A stretch of DNA of 64,000 nucleotides from an uncultured archaeon (GCA_903904885.1 CAIVED010000021.1:17456-81455), one strand, 5' to 3'; positions 27,509 to 37,299 are shown, numbered from the stretch's first letter. The notes: a model not told the origin generated them from the letters alone. Program-made: numbers and translations.

Positions 27509-27936
27509 AGCGAGTGATAATAAGCGGATATTTTAATCCCTTGCATAGGGGGCATATTGCTTATATTAAAGCTGCCCGGGATATTGGAGACCATCTTACT
27601 GTAATTATAAACAGCGATTATCAGGTCGGATTGAAAGGTTCTGTTCCGTTTATGGATGAAGATGAAAGAATGGAAATTGTGAAGAGCATCCGCTGGGTGG
27701 ATGAGGTGATGCTAAGCATAGACCAGGACAGAAGCCAGTGCAAGTCTTTAGAGTACCTCAGAGACCTCTACAAAGGCGATGAGATAATCTTCGCAAATGG
27801 CGGGGACAGGACAAGTGAAAATATCCCCGAGATGAAAGTCAGCGGTGTCAAGTTCGTATTCGGCGTTGGAGGAACTGAGAAGCTGCAGAGCAGCTCAGAG
27901 CTTATCGGAAAAACAAAAGACAAAGGGGCAAAATAG
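27505..27936 (+). CDS. Cytidylyltransferase-like (H/T)xGH nucleotidyltransferase (RibL/TagD-like)
   Basis: ISGYFNPLHRGHIAYIKAA is the HxGH motif. The protein is 143 aa and its start overlaps the flpA stop by 4 nt. Confidence 0.65.
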   Translation: MKRVIISGYFNPLHRGHIAYIKAARDIGDHLTVIINSDYQVGLKGSVPFMDEDERMEIVKSIRWVDEVMLSIDQDRSQCKSLEYLRDLYKGDEIIFANGGDRTSENIPEMKVSGVKFVFGVGGTEKLQSSSELIGKTKDKGAK

Positions 27937-28006
27937 GCCTTTCAAAGCGAAAAATATAAAAAGCCCTTCTTTAATTGCTATTGCCGGGGCGAAGGAGTGA
28001 TTTTTT

Positions 28007-28975
28007 ATGTCAGATGATAGCCCAAGGGATTACTATTTATTCAGAACAGGAGCGCCTGTTTCTCCTGAGACCTTTGTGAGGGCAATAAACCCAAGACAGC
28101 TTGAAACAGTTCTGTCCAGTTCAGTGCTGCTCTCAAAATTTGACGTAATGCATGCCTGTCCTCTTGATTCTCATTGCGTAACCGCTGTTTTAGCTGGAAA
28201 GCTGCACGTTGCGCCGCATTTGGCATCTGGTTATGGGCCTTACATTCTTCAGCATGTTGGAGGGGATGGGAAGGTCAATGTGATTGATATATCAAATGAC
28301 CCCGAGCCAATTCTCGCAGCATTGAGGAAAAATGATAATCTTTACATGGATGAAGCCCAGGAAGCGTTGGAACCTATTTTAGATCCGAGTTTGCGGGAAG
28401 CGGACATCTCGTCGGACCCTGAAGATGCCCTCCCGATTTCACTTGAGATGAGAGTTTTAGAGCCCGTCATTTTTAGAGTGCTCGAAGCCCTTCCAAAAAA
28501 TGAAGGAAGGTTTGTGGCATTGTTCAAAGGCAACATGGTTTACACTGACCTTGGAAATTACTATTTTCACACAGCAAAGGCTGCTGAAGCATTATTGAAA
28601 AAGAAAGGGCTGCCGCTGACCCGGGCGGATATTGCAGAAGCAGTTCCCTATGATATCCGTTACGGGAACGGAGTGCCGGTGATTGGGTATATTGTAGAAA
28701 AAATGACAAACAATGGTCCGGTTTCGCTTTCATTTTTGGAATCAATTGAGGACCCTAAAGCAATTATTGACAAATATCCGGGAATGGATGTCAGGATAAA
28801 AAAGCTTTTAATGAGCGATTACTGGGAAAGAGAGGGAGAAAAGGATGTTGAAGCAGTCTGCTGGGCATTGGACTGCGAAGAGGCTGAAGAAGAGTTTGAA
28901 CCTCCGAAAGCGCAAAAGCCAAAAGGGATATGGCAGAGAATAGTGAAGAGTTTATCCAGGACCGCGCCCGACTAA
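28007..28975 (+). CDS. Hypothetical acidic protein (322 aa)
   Basis: Intact ORF with GGAGTGA RBS 7 nt upstream. No motif could be assigned. Confidence 0.45.
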   Translation: MSDDSPRDYYLFRTGAPVSPETFVRAINPRQLETVLSSSVLLSKFDVMHACPLDSHCVTAVLAGKLHVAPHLASGYGPYILQHVGGDGKVNVIDISNDPEPILAALRKNDNLYMDEAQEALEPILDPSLREADISSDPEDALPISLEMRVLEPVIFRVLEALPKNEGRFVALFKGNMVYTDLGNYYFHTAKAAEALLKKKGLPLTRADIAEAVPYDIRYGNGVPVIGYIVEKMTNNGPVSLSFLESIEDPKAIIDKYPGMDVRIKKLLMSDYWEREGEKDVEAVCWALDCEEAEEEFEPPKAQKPKGIWQRIVKSLSRTAPD

Positions 28976-31347
28976 ATCTTTATTGAAAGCTCGCCGTATG
29001 ATATTTTCTTTATAGAATGCGCTTCTGTCAGGTCTTTTTCTATTTTTTTGAACTTGTCAGGAAGCGTTATTTCCGTTATTTCCGCTTTCAGGCTCAGGCT
29101 GTTGTCCTTCTTTGCCTTCCAGATTTGAGAGTTTAGGTCTGTTAATTCCTCTTTTGTGAATTCAACAGCTTCCTGCTCCAACGGCTTTGGGAATTCCTCA
29201 ACATGGATGTTTTTCCCTTCCAGCTCATTGTAAATCCTGTATGTTATGAACGGGATTATGGGGGAAAGCAGTTTGAGCATATTTTCAAGGCAATAATGCA
29301 ATGTGAACAATGCGCCGTTCTGCTGCTCTTTTGTGAACCTTTTGCTGTCATTGTATGCCCTGCCCTTCACCAGTTCAAGATAATGCGATGCGAATGTCTC
29401 CCATAAAAAGTTTTTCAGCGCAGCTGCAGGATTGTGGAAGTCATATTTCTCATACCTTGCCCTTGCTTCCCTGATTATGCTGTTCATCTCGCTGATTATC
29501 CATTTGTCTGTTTCCAATAACTCGATTTTCCCTTCCGGCTTCGGGAACATGCTAACAAACTTGGCAACATTCCACAGTTTTGTAAGCGTTTTTCCCGCGC
29601 CATCGACCCTTTCGTAGCTGCACTTGAAATCCTGCCTGTCCAGGTTGCCCTCAATTGCGCACCACAGCCTGAACGGCTCTGCGCCGTAGCGTTTTAGGAT
29701 TTCCTGGGGGTCAATCACATTCCCGACGGACTTTGACATCTTTGCGCCCTTTTCATCAAGGATGTGATGGTGTATCCATACGTCCTTGAAGATGTGCTTG
29801 CCTGTAAGCAGGTAGCATTTGAAAACAGTGTAATACAGCCAGGTCCTTACAATCTCCTTTCCCTGCGGTCGCAGCGAGCATCTGCTGTTTTTTGCAAAAA
29901 AATCATGGTCGCGCTCATATTTAAGTATGTATAACGGGCTTATTGATGAATCAAACCAGGTGTCTAAAACCCTTACATCGCCTTCGGACTTATCGCTTCC
30001 GCATTTGCATTTTATCGGTGATTTTTCCTTCCATGGCTGGTAGTATTTTCCCTTTGCCGGCACAATTACTTCGCCGCAGTCCTTGCAGTGCCAGACAGGA
30101 ACCTCTGTTGCATAATACCTTCTCCTTGAAATCGGCCAGTCAATTGATATTGAATTAACCCAGTCAATGAATATCTGCCTGCTTTCAGGCGCAAAGAAGT
30201 TTATTTTTTCTGATTCTGCAAGTATCTTGTCCTTGAATTCCACCTGCTTGAGGTAAAATTCTTTCATGTTTATGAACTCAATCGGGTCCTTTGACCTTTC
30301 GCAGATTGGGGTCCTATGCGTGACTGCTGTTTGTTTTACAAGAAGGTTGGTTTCTTTTAACATCTCAATCATGTTCTTTCTTGCATCCTTAACCTTCAGT
30401 CCTTTCAGGAATTCTGCATGCTCATTCATTGTCCCGTCAATGTTTATTGCTATGACCGGGGGGATGTTCATTTCCCTGAAGAATCTGATATCAGAAGTGT
30501 CTCCTGCAGAACACATCATAACCAAGCCAGTTCCCTTGTCGATTTCTGCCATTGGATGAGCCATTATTTTTACTTCTTTGTTGAACAATGGTGTTATTGC
30601 CGTTTTGCCTTCCAAATGCTGGTATCTTTCATCATCCGGGTTGAAGATAACCATTCCGCAGGTGCAGACCAGTTCCGGCCTTGTTGTTCCGATGATAATT
30701 TCCTCCCCGGTTTCTTTTACCTTGAAAATTATGTCGTTGAAGAATGTCGGCAAATCTTTGTATTCAATCTCTGCATCGGCAATTGTTGTCTGGCAGCCTG
30801 GGCAGTAGTTGTTTATCCTGTCATCCTCGTAAATTAAGCCCTTGTTCCACAAATCTATGAATGTTTCCTGCGTGAGCTGCCTGTAATCAGGGGAATCTGT
30901 CTGGTAGATTTCCCCCAGACCTGTGCCTATTTTCCATGAGCTGTAGCTGTGGCCTAATTTTAGAAATGAATCCAGTGACTCTGCGCTGGATTCTTCCAAA
31001 ACATTCTTGCACATTTCTATGAATTCTTCCCTGCTTACTTCATTGAATTTTTTTTTGAACTTCTTTTCAGCAGCCATTTCGATTGGCAGGCCGTTTCGGT
31101 CAAGGCCCAATGGGAATAAAACATTAAAGCCAATCATTCTCCTGAACCTTGCAATCATGTCCATTATTGTGTAGGTTGCTGCATGGCCCATGTGGATTGG
31201 GGTGTTAACATAGGGCGGAGGAGTGTCTATGGAATAAACCGGCTTTTCCGATGCCTTGTTGAATGTAAAAGGATGCTTTTTCCACTCTTCGTAGATGGGC
31301 TGTTCAAACTCCTTTGCCCAGTTCTTGTCCTTCAGTTTGGCTTCCAT
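28972..31347 (-). CDS. valS: Class I aminoacyl-tRNA synthetase, most likely valyl-tRNA synthetase (Val/Ile/Leu clade)
   Basis: The HIGH region has PPPYVNTPIHMGHAATYTIMDMIARFRRM. The KMSKS has GAKMSKSVGNVIDP. DWPISRRRYYATEVPVWHCKDCGE matches the ValRS/IleRS zinc knuckle. A CP1 editing insert is present. At 791 aa the size fits a reduced ValRS. Confidence 0.7.
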   Translation of the reverse strand: MEAKLKDKNWAKEFEQPIYEEWKKHPFTFNKASEKPVYSIDTPPPYVNTPIHMGHAATYTIMDMIARFRRMIGFNVLFPLGLDRNGLPIEMAAEKKFKKKFNEVSREEFIEMCKNVLEESSAESLDSFLKLGHSYSSWKIGTGLGEIYQTDSPDYRQLTQETFIDLWNKGLIYEDDRINNYCPGCQTTIADAEIEYKDLPTFFNDIIFKVKETGEEIIIGTTRPELVCTCGMVIFNPDDERYQHLEGKTAITPLFNKEVKIMAHPMAEIDKGTGLVMMCSAGDTSDIRFFREMNIPPVIAINIDGTMNEHAEFLKGLKVKDARKNMIEMLKETNLLVKQTAVTHRTPICERSKDPIEFINMKEFYLKQVEFKDKILAESEKINFFAPESRQIFIDWVNSISIDWPISRRRYYATEVPVWHCKDCGEVIVPAKGKYYQPWKEKSPIKCKCGSDKSEGDVRVLDTWFDSSISPLYILKYERDHDFFAKNSRCSLRPQGKEIVRTWLYYTVFKCYLLTGKHIFKDVWIHHHILDEKGAKMSKSVGNVIDPQEILKRYGAEPFRLWCAIEGNLDRQDFKCSYERVDGAGKTLTKLWNVAKFVSMFPKPEGKIELLETDKWIISEMNSIIREARARYEKYDFHNPAAALKNFLWETFASHYLELVKGRAYNDSKRFTKEQQNGALFTLHYCLENMLKLLSPIIPFITYRIYNELEGKNIHVEEFPKPLEQEAVEFTKEELTDLNSQIWKAKKDNSLSLKAEITEITLPDKFKKIEKDLTEAHSIKKISYGELSIKI

Positions 31348-31392
31348 TGCAGGCTTTAGATTGAGAAGGGGGATTTAAATAGTTTACCCTAG

Positions 31393-31875
31393 TCAGATGT
31401 CTGTTTCAAGAGCCAAATCATGGTCCCTGAACCCGTTCTTCCTGTAGAATTCTATTGCCCTTGTGTTCTGGGCCAATGCCGCTACTTTTATTCTCCTGAT
31501 TTTCTTTGATTTGCACCAGCTAACAAATTCCTGGAACAGCATTTTGCCGATTCCCTGGCTTCGGTATTCCTGCAGAACAAACATGTTGTCCAGCTCCCCG
31601 ATTTTATCTAATTTTCTCCAGCTTTCAGATTTGTATGCAATGCAGGAGAGGTATCCGACAATTTTTTTATTGTCAACAGCAACAAAAACATTGCCCGTTC
31701 TTATTTGTGAGCTAAAATATTTTTTCCCGTCCTTTCCAAAGGTCCATTTGCAGTTGAGTGTGGGGTCATGTTCAAAATCCGTTTCAAACAGCAACTGGCT
31801 CAGCCTCTGGACCGCTTTCATGTCTTTGATTGCTGCTTTTCTGATTTCAATCATATTTTCGCCTGTAAAAATCAA
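31393..31875 (-). CDS. GNAT family N-acetyltransferase
   Basis: VGYLSCIAY...QEYRSQGIGKMLFQEFVSW is a motif A Q/RxxGxG/A acetyl-CoA site. Confidence 0.7.
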   Translation of the reverse strand: MIFTGENMIEIRKAAIKDMKAVQRLSQLLFETDFEHDPTLNCKWTFGKDGKKYFSSQIRTGNVFVAVDNKKIVGYLSCIAYKSESWRKLDKIGELDNMFVLQEYRSQGIGKMLFQEFVSWCKSKKIRRIKVAALAQNTRAIEFYRKNGFRDHDLALETDI

Positions 31876-32422
31876 TCATGTATTTTGGTATTGCTTTATT
31901 TTTGCACATTTTTATAGTTTTTCCCTTTACTGTTTGGAACAGCATTGTTTTAAAGAAATGCCTTTTTAATGATTCCAATTCGCTTTTTATGGTCTGGCCT
32001 GTTGTCAGGCTGAATATTTCCCCGTTTTCCACAAGCTTTTTTGCTTCCCGGATGTCTTTATCTGTTTTGAATATTATTGCAGGTATAGGTTTATGGGCTA
32101 AAGTGGCAGCTGTGGTTTTATGGGTTCCATCAAGCAGGAAATATTCAGCTTTTGGGTGAGACTTGATGAATTTTCTAAGCAAATTGTTATATTTGTTTAT
32201 TTTTTTATCATTTCCCCGCATTAACGGAATTCCTGCAGATTTTGGCATAACCGGGCAGGGGGGCACAATCCTGCCCTGCCCTTTGTGGAACATCCGGAAA
32301 TACAGCTTGAGAATCTGCTCATTATGCACAGGATAGTCATTTAGTGTTACGATCTGTTCAGGACTTAACTTTTTAAGTATCATGAGGGCATATTCTATTA
32401 TGCTATTTATTAAATTTGCCAA
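31847..32422 (-). CDS. Hypothetical protein, possible ParB/sulfiredoxin-like fold
   Basis: FLLDGTHKTTAATLA resembles the ParB/Srx DGxH(R/K)xxAA box. This is weak. Confidence 0.35.
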   Translation of the reverse strand: MANLINSIIEYALMILKKLSPEQIVTLNDYPVHNEQILKLYFRMFHKGQGRIVPPCPVMPKSAGIPLMRGNDKKINKYNNLLRKFIKSHPKAEYFLLDGTHKTTAATLAHKPIPAIIFKTDKDIREAKKLVENGEIFSLTTGQTIKSELESLKRHFFKTMLFQTVKGKTIKMCKNKAIPKYMIDFYRRKYD

Positions 32423-32937
32423 ATTATATAAACTTCTTTTGGTTTTTTATTAAAATGACCTATTTCATCATAATAAGAGGGCCTTTGGGCATAGGCAAGA
32501 CGACAATAGCCAAGAAATTAGCGAAGATTCTGAAAGCTGAATACGTTCCTTTTGATTTGGTGCTTGAGAAATATAAATTAGATAAGGCTTCCGGAAGCGG
32601 CATTCCTGCAGCCAATTTCATCAAAGCGGACAATATTATTTTGCCAAAAATAAAGAAGATACTCAAGCGAAAGATTGTAATATTTGACGGCTGCTTTTAC
32701 CACAGAAAACATATTCAGCATTTGATTAAAAGTTTGAAATTTCCGCATTATGTTTTCACTTTGAAAGCTACTGTCGGGGTATGCATAGAACGAGATAGAA
32801 AAAGAAAGAAAACATTAGGCAAGGATTCAGCCAAGGCAGTCCACTGGCTCTGCTCAAAGTTTGATTATGGGTGTGTGGTTAAGACGGGTAAGAAAACTAT
32901 AAATAATACTTTAAAAGAAATCCTAAGTGATCTTTAG
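32416..32937 (+). CDS. P-loop NTPase / small-molecule kinase-like protein
   Basis: Walker A is IIIRGPLGIGKTTIAKKLAKIL. 173 aa. Confidence 0.55.
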   Translation: MPNYINFFWFFIKMTYFIIIRGPLGIGKTTIAKKLAKILKAEYVPFDLVLEKYKLDKASGSGIPAANFIKADNIILPKIKKILKRKIVIFDGCFYHRKHIQHLIKSLKFPHYVFTLKATVGVCIERDRKRKKTLGKDSAKAVHWLCSKFDYGCVVKTGKKTINNTLKEILSDL

Positions 32938-33321
32938 AAATTCTGTTGGCGTTAGAATCCTGATTTTCCTGAACTCCTTAATTTTTAGCAGGTGATTGTC
33001 ATAGCTCAGGATAAAATCCGCTGCTGCTGAAACAGCGCATTCAAGAATTCTGTTATCTGCGGCATCCTCTTTTATAACACTAATTCTTTCATCAGCAATA
33101 ATTAAACTAAATGCATTTAAGATAACAGGTATTATTGTTTCAATTTCTTCTTTTGTGTACCTAAAATCTCTCATCAGTGCATTTCTGTACTCGTTTATTA
33201 TTTCAATGCTTGTAAAAAGCCTTGCATCGGAATTTATCAGTTTAATCAGCAGCTTGTGGCAGACGCTATTGTCCCACAGGGTTGCCGAAATCAAGGCATT
33301 TGTGTCAAAAACAATTCGCAT
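32923..33321 (-). CDS. vapC: PIN-domain ribonuclease toxin (VapC-like)
   Basis: MRIVFDTNALISA is the first PIN acidic residue context. 132 aa. Its start overlaps the antitoxin stop. Confidence 0.7.
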   Translation of the reverse strand: MRIVFDTNALISATLWDNSVCHKLLIKLINSDARLFTSIEIINEYRNALMRDFRYTKEEIETIIPVILNAFSLIIADERISVIKEDAADNRILECAVSAAADFILSYDNHLLKIKEFRKIRILTPTEFLKIT

Positions 33322-33593
33322 TATTTTACTCCCCTCATTTTGTGGATAAGCTTTGGCACATCGCTTTCTTTTATTCCCATTTTTTCCATTCTTTTCCTGC
33401 CCTCTGCCCCTATTTTGTTAAAGCTTTCAATCAGCTTTTCCTTGGAAGGGATCTCCATTCTTTTCAGCAAAATAGTGTCGTCTGTGCCAAACACGGCAAA
33501 TAACGTTCCTTCTTTCGCTTTCATGCTCTCCCTTATGTCCTGCGGTATCACTACCTGCCCTTTCGAACTCATTCTTGTTATTTCGATTTCCAT
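33321..33593 (-). CDS. vapB: AbrB/SpoVT-family antitoxin (VapB-like)
   Basis: MSSKGQVVIPQDIRESMKAKEGTLF is a swapped-hairpin AbrB motif. 90 aa, encoded upstream of and overlapping vapC. Confidence 0.7.
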   Translation of the reverse strand: MEIEITRMSSKGQVVIPQDIRESMKAKEGTLFAVFGTDDTILLKRMEIPSKEKLIESFNKIGAEGRKRMEKMGIKESDVPKLIHKMRGVK

Positions 33594-33624
33594 GTTCTTA
33601 CCTCCTTGAGTGTCTTACGCGAAA

Positions 33625-33659
33625 GGAGGTCAGCAAACATTTTCGTTTGCGCTACCTCC
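33625..33659 (-). promoter_or_regulatory. 5'-UTR stem-loop containing SD/anti-SD mimic (ggaggt...gcaaac-loop-gtttgc...acctcc) upstream of vapBC
   Basis: Nested inverted repeats GGAGGT/ACCTCC and GCAAAC/GTTTGC were read directly from the sequence. The true SD GGAGGTA lies 7 nt before the vapB ATG. Confidence 0.4.
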
Positions 33660-33720
33660 ATGGTAAGAAAGTAAGATTATCTTATTTATAAGGTTTTCTG
33701 TTTAATGTGGCTGAAGAATG

Positions 33721-33752
33721 GGTATTTAAAGTTTGCACGTCGCGGCCACAGC
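33721..33752 (+). promoter_or_regulatory. TATA (ggtatttaaag) plus GC box (gcacgtcgcggccac)
   Basis: Member of the recurrent TATA + ACGTSGCGGCC motif family. It is followed by a second TATA-like agatttataaatc (33758-33770) ahead of the lipoprotein gene. Confidence 0.5.
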
Positions 33753-33808
33753 AGCATTAGATTTATAAATCAAAGCCGGTTTAGAAGACAATGGGGGGTG
33801 TTAGATAC

Positions 33809-34363
33809 ATGAAAAAACTTTTGGTACTTTTGGTGATTTTGTCTTTTTTCATTGTTGGCTGCGAAAAGCAGGCAGAGCCGAGCAATGCAGCCACCACTGG
33901 CGGAGAAAGCCAGCAGGAAACAGCGCCTGCTGCACAGCCGGCTGCAACTCAAAACCCTGCAGAGACAAACCAGGCAGATTCTGACCAGAAACTGCTTAAC
34001 AAAATTGACTGGAACAGCATAGAGGATGGGGCAATACTCATTCAGGCGAATCAGTTTGGCGCTGTGGAGTATGTTGGCGCCGGCTCAGATCAGGGTTGGA
34101 GGATTTTTGTGCCTGATAAGAATGATTTCCTGGATTTCATAAACAATTATGACTTTGAGCTGACTACCCTGGAAGAGAACGGGAAAACTGTTTACAGGCT
34201 GAAGGAGATAAAGAGAAAGCCGGCTCCGGTCACAAATGGATTAAGCTTGCTGCCGCAAGATGTGCAGGGGGCTTTTGGAAATCTTTTAGCCAACTACCCT
34301 AACTTTCTCAGCTCAGGTAACGGAGTCAGCTCAAGCGGCATAGGCGGCGCAGGGCCAAGCTGA
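33809..34363 (+). CDS. Secreted lipoprotein-like protein (paralog of the 35054-35539 gene)
   Basis: MKKLLVLLVILSFFIVGC is a lipobox-like signal. The domain DWNSIEDGAILIQANQFGAVEYVG...NGKTVYRLKE is shared with the paralog. The start is adjusted to the internal Met. Confidence 0.6.
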   Translation: MKKLLVLLVILSFFIVGCEKQAEPSNAATTGGESQQETAPAAQPAATQNPAETNQADSDQKLLNKIDWNSIEDGAILIQANQFGAVEYVGAGSDQGWRIFVPDKNDFLDFINNYDFELTTLEENGKTVYRLKEIKRKPAPVTNGLSLLPQDVQGAFGNLLANYPNFLSSGNGVSSSGIGGAGPS

Positions 34364-34377
34364 ATATTTTTTTTATT

Positions 34378-34968
34378 TTATCTTACTGCACACAATCCGC
34401 TGCCCACTACTATCATTCTCTGGTTGAGGCAGGCCTTTTCAACTCCATCTTCGATTATCATTGGCATTGCGATTAATTTTGTAAGGGGTTCCTGCAGGTT
34501 AATGGTGTAATTTCTTGCCTCGGCCTTTGCAAAGCCAACATCGTCTTTAATGTACCTTTCTGTTCCGTTTTCTGTCGTGGCGTAGAACCACATTCCGTCA
34601 ATTCCGTTGCCTTTTCCTGAGTACATTAATATTGCTTTTATCCTGGTTCCGTTCATCTGGCAGGCATTTGTTGCCGGCGCCCAGTTTATGGCATAGCGGA
34701 TATTGCAGTTTTTTACTTCCTCAGGCTTCTGATTTGCAAGAACCGGCTTTGATTTTGGCTCCGGTGTGAGATTTTTTGGCTGTTGGACTGTTTCATTATT
34801 GTCGCAGACACTATTGCTATTTTGGTCTAAACAGCAGCCGCCATCAAATTGCATGTACGGCGGTTCGCATAAAACCACTTTTGGAGCCTCTGCCGGCTTT
34901 TGGCAGCCGGCAATAAGTAAGGCTGCTAAAATGAATGGGATGAGAAATAATAGTCTTTTCATAAGCAC
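34378..34968 (-). CDS. Secreted Cys-rich lipoprotein-like protein
   Basis: Signal peptide with IAGCQKPAE. There are about 12 Cys in the mature part. It lies between the two lipoprotein paralogs. Confidence 0.55.
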   Translation of the reverse strand: MLMKRLLFLIPFILAALLIAGCQKPAEAPKVVLCEPPYMQFDGGCCLDQNSNSVCDNNETVQQPKNLTPEPKSKPVLANQKPEEVKNCNIRYAINWAPATNACQMNGTRIKAILMYSGKGNGIDGMWFYATTENGTERYIKDDVGFAKAEARNYTINLQEPLTKLIAMPMIIEDGVEKACLNQRMIVVGSGLCAVR

Positions 34969-35053
34969 TTTAAAGGAGTTTTTGTTTAAAAATCTTTCTC
35001 AATTGAGATAAATTTTTAAAGTCAATATGGCTGAATAAACCAAAACAGGGGGT

Positions 35054-35539
35054 ATGATGAACATGAAACGATTATTTGCAATATTGGTTATTCTGGCGTT
35101 GGTTCTTATGGGCTGCCAAAAACAAACAGAGCAGAAAACTGCGACTGCTGAGCAAGTCAGTGCGCCAAAAGCAGCGGTTGTTCAGGAAACACCAAAACAG
35201 GAAGAAAAAAATGCATTGTTTGATAAAATAGACTGGAACAGCATACCTGACAAATCAATAATCCTTTTTGTGGAAAAGTTCGGCGCTGAGCAGTATGTTA
35301 ATTACGGCTCCGCCAGAACATTGAGGCTTCTTATTCCCATAAAAAATGATTTTAAGGAGTTCGTAACCAAATATGATTTCAAGCTTGAGACGCTTAAAAA
35401 CAACGGAAAAACTGTTTATGCCCTTACAGAGCTTGGCAGAAGGCAGACCTTAAGCAAAAACGGGTTTGACAGCCTTCCCAGTGAAGTGAAAGCTGCCTAT
35501 GAAAATCTTTTGGACAAGTATCCCAACCTGCTTGAATGA
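35054..35539 (+). CDS. Secreted lipoprotein-like protein (paralog of the 33809-34363 gene)
   Basis: LMGCQKQTEQ lipobox. DWNSIPDKSIILFVEKFGAEQYVNYG...NGKTVYALTE. Confidence 0.6.
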   Translation: MMNMKRLFAILVILALVLMGCQKQTEQKTATAEQVSAPKAAVVQETPKQEEKNALFDKIDWNSIPDKSIILFVEKFGAEQYVNYGSARTLRLLIPIKNDFKEFVTKYDFKLETLKNNGKTVYALTELGRRQTLSKNGFDSLPSEVKAAYENLLDKYPNLLE

Positions 35540-35573
35540 TTAGCTTTAAAAATACGGCGGGGATAATCACTGC

Positions 35574-36257
35574 ATGATTAAAGCAGTCATCTTTGACCTG
35601 GACAACACCCTTATTGACTTCATGAAAATGAAGAGGGCTGCTGTTGAGGAGGCAGTTGATGCAATGATTGATGCCGGGCTTTCTGTTCCGAAAAAGAAGG
35701 CGCTGGAAGAATTGTACTCCATTTATTTTAAAGACGGCATCGAAGACCCCCAGATATTCCAGAAGTTTCTAAAGAAAGTATCCGGTTCTGTTGATTATAA
35801 GAAACTGGCATACGCGATTGTTGCCTACAGGAATGCTAGGACTGGTTTTTTGCATCCGTATGCAGGTACTCGTGAGACGCTTATGAAGTTGAAGGCTCGC
35901 GGTTTGAAATTAGCTGTTGTTTCTGACGCGCCCAAATTAAAAGCATGGATTAGGCTGGTTAACATGAAGATTGACCAATTCTTTGATGTTGTGGTGGCTT
36001 TGGAGGATACTGGACGCAGGAAACCTTCTGTTATGCCTTTCAAGGCGGCACTTAGGAAGTTGAAGGTTAAGGCTTCATCTTGCCTGATGGTCGGCGATTG
36101 GCCTGAAAGAGACTTACTTGGAGCTAAGAAGCTTGGAATGAAGACGTGTTTTGCTGCCTACGGCTACGAGCAGATTCCTAATATTAAAACAAAAAAAGAG
36201 AATGTGAAGGCGGATTATGTTGTTGAGTCTATTACTGAGCTTGCCAGAATTGTTTAG
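35574..36257 (+). CDS. HAD-superfamily hydrolase (phosphatase/phosphoglycolate phosphatase-like)
   Basis: Motif I is VIFDLDNTLID. Motif III/IV has MVGDWPERDLLGAKKLG. Confidence 0.7.
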   Translation: MIKAVIFDLDNTLIDFMKMKRAAVEEAVDAMIDAGLSVPKKKALEELYSIYFKDGIEDPQIFQKFLKKVSGSVDYKKLAYAIVAYRNARTGFLHPYAGTRETLMKLKARGLKLAVVSDAPKLKAWIRLVNMKIDQFFDVVVALEDTGRRKPSVMPFKAALRKLKVKASSCLMVGDWPERDLLGAKKLGMKTCFAAYGYEQIPNIKTKKENVKADYVVESITELARIV

Positions 36258-37165
36258 AGCCCGTGCTTTTTAGCTATTCCATTCTTTATCTTTTTTCCGA
36301 TTTCCTCTGCATCTTTTATTGTGAGCTCGCTTTTCAATAGCTTTCTTTTTTCTTTCTCTGGGATTTTCAGATAATTTTCAGCACTTACAACCCTTTCTCC
36401 AGATTCTACTTCAAGATTCTTTCTGGCGTCTCCTGCAATTTTTCCGCCTTTCCGGGCAGCAACCTTGTTTTCAGGAAAACCCTGTGCATCTTTGCTTCGG
36501 GCTATTTTTGTTGTTGATGCTTCTCCAAGCATTGTGAATATTAATTCCAAATCATCCATATGGTCTCTGAGGTTTTCTTTTTTGAGGCCTTTGAAATCCG
36601 TGTATTCATCTATGGTCTTGCCGAATGTTGCCTTGCTTATTTCATTTGTCAGGATTGCAAATTCAACATTCTGCTTTACTCCCCTGTTTTTCCACTCATC
36701 TGTAAGCTCCTGCCTTACAGCTATGCCCCGGACTCTTTTTTCAATCCACTCATCTGAATACCCTTTTGCCTTGTAAATCTCTTTCATTCTGGCCTGTGCC
36801 AATTCAGGGTTTTCTATTTCCTGCACTCTTTCATAGCCAACTTTGGCAAGCCATAACTTGAAAGGCTCTGCTTTGGGAGATGGGATTGATTGAATAAGAC
36901 GGAATAATGTTTCAACATTTGCACAATCTGTTTCTCTTAATTTCCCATCCTCAGCAGGCAATTTCAACTGGTTACATTTTGTAACCGTTTCATCTGAACC
37001 TTCTTCCATAATACGGTGTTTTAATACTTTCCAGTAATTGCGCGGGTCTGAACTGTCGCTCAAAACCCCCACTACATCAACTACAGAGAAATACCACTCA
37101 TTATCATGCCAAACCCTTCTTATTTTCTTATCCCGGAATACCACCAGGGCATTGTTTGCGTCCAT
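36254..37165 (-). CDS. Bro-N/KilA-N domain protein with DinD-like C-terminal region
   Basis: VVFRDKKIRRVWHDNEWYFSVVDVVGVL is a Bro-N signature. The tracked ORF is extended upstream by a TTG start through the promoter repeat. The start is reset to the ATG, which has a ctttataag TATA ~25 nt upstream. Confidence 0.55.
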   Translation of the reverse strand: MDANNALVVFRDKKIRRVWHDNEWYFSVVDVVGVLSDSSDPRNYWKVLKHRIMEEGSDETVTKCNQLKLPAEDGKLRETDCANVETLFRLIQSIPSPKAEPFKLWLAKVGYERVQEIENPELAQARMKEIYKAKGYSDEWIEKRVRGIAVRQELTDEWKNRGVKQNVEFAILTNEISKATFGKTIDEYTDFKGLKKENLRDHMDDLELIFTMLGEASTTKIARSKDAQGFPENKVAARKGGKIAGDARKNLEVESGERVVSAENYLKIPEKEKRKLLKSELTIKDAEEIGKKIKNGIAKKHGL

Positions 37166-37248
37166 TTTGATTGTAAGCGTATTCTCCCTTATAAAGCTCA
37201 CCAAAGCATGTCCAGTGAGAAATTCATATAGATAATAAACATAGATAT

Positions 37249-37290
37249 GGTATTTAAACCTTGCACGTGGCGATGATGGCAACGTGAGAA
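37249..37290. promoter_or_regulatory. Repeat/promoter module ggtatttaaaccttgcacgtggcgatg (copy 1), palindromic TATA plus CACGTGGCG box
   Basis: 26 nt (37250-37275) are identical to 38461-38486. On the minus strand it reads gtgcaaggtttaaatac, a BRE/TATA, upstream of the Bro-N gene. Confidence 0.55.
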
Positions 37291-37299
37291 TAAACTATT

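Noticed and set aside
33600-33670. tRNA-like structured segment
   Set aside because: The hairpins do not form a cloverleaf, there is no T-loop or anticodon arm. It is better explained as a 5'-UTR structure of vapBC.
37166-37282. TTG-initiated N-terminal extension of the Bro-N gene
   Set aside because: It uses a TTG start and overlaps the 26-bp promoter repeat and a TATA. The internal ATG at 37165 gives a Bro-N domain start with a properly spaced promoter.
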